A stretch of DNA of 64,000 bases, from assembly GCA_963809485.1 (NCBI GenBank), contig CAWEJX010000008.1:96001-160000 (forward strand), written 5' to 3'. Positions 63,751 through 64,000 of this stretch are shown here, one piece after another. Both the position numbers and the translations under genes were made by a program. This DNA is from an uncultured Acidobacteriota bacterium. Its GTDB lineage: Bacteria; Acidobacteriota; UBA6911. The notes under the pieces were generated by a model. That model saw nothing but the letters and a program-made list of their open reading frames with translations, had not been told where the DNA came from and made no database searches. The first letter of the stretch is position 1. Each line of letters opens with the position of its first letter.

Positions 63751-64000
63751 TCATTCAACGTGTGCGGTCGTGTGTCCTTCTCCTTCATGCTGGCAAATCA
63801 GCAGAGTGAAGACGGCCGTTAACAACATAAAAACCATCGCCTGAACCAAACCCATCAGCAATTCCAGGAAATAAAAAGGAATCGGCACCAACCATCCCAA
63901 TCCGGGAACGAGCCTGGCCATGGCTTCCAACATGTTCTCGCCGGCAAAGATGTTGCCATAGAGACGAAAACTGAGGGAGATGGGCCGGAACAAAATCGAA
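63751..64000 (-). CDS. atpB: ATP synthase a subunit, partial
   Basis: RPISLSFRLYGNIFAGE, LELLMGLVQA. Confidence 0.93.
   Translation of the reverse strand, partial: SILFRPISLSFRLYGNIFAGENMLEAMARLVPGLGWLVPIPFYFLELLMGLVQAMVFMLLTAVFTLLICQHEGEGHTTAHVE

Overview
GC-rich bacterial window. Gene content points to an anaerobe, probably Acidobacteriota-like (inference). The left half (1-32.7 kb) is mostly intact: housekeeping genes (GT2, yqeC, TrmH, rarA, uppP, rocD, hisG), an ECF sigma/anti-sigma triad, mmsA, an AprA/AprB-like flavoprotein-ferredoxin pair, ExeA/GspB, a glycyl-radical activase with no partner in the window, and a complete transcarboxylase + epimerase + methylmalonyl-CoA mutase + MeaB operon. 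The right half (32.8-64 kb) looks accessory or stress-related: a DAACS-SBP fusion, a PAS kinase, YdiK, an RND pump, an ion channel, an amidohydrolase, GH63/GH13, MscS, Crp/Fnr, PP2C, and an F-type ATP synthase operon with unusually short c and delta subunits. From about 40 kb onward many genes carry apparent +1 frameshifts, most likely sequencing errors. The most striking non-coding signal is about 10 full or partial copies of transposase-less elements. They are bounded by IS200/IS605-like hairpin ends and carry one of two different internal palindromic repeat cargos. All calls come from motif recognition by eye; no database searches were run.
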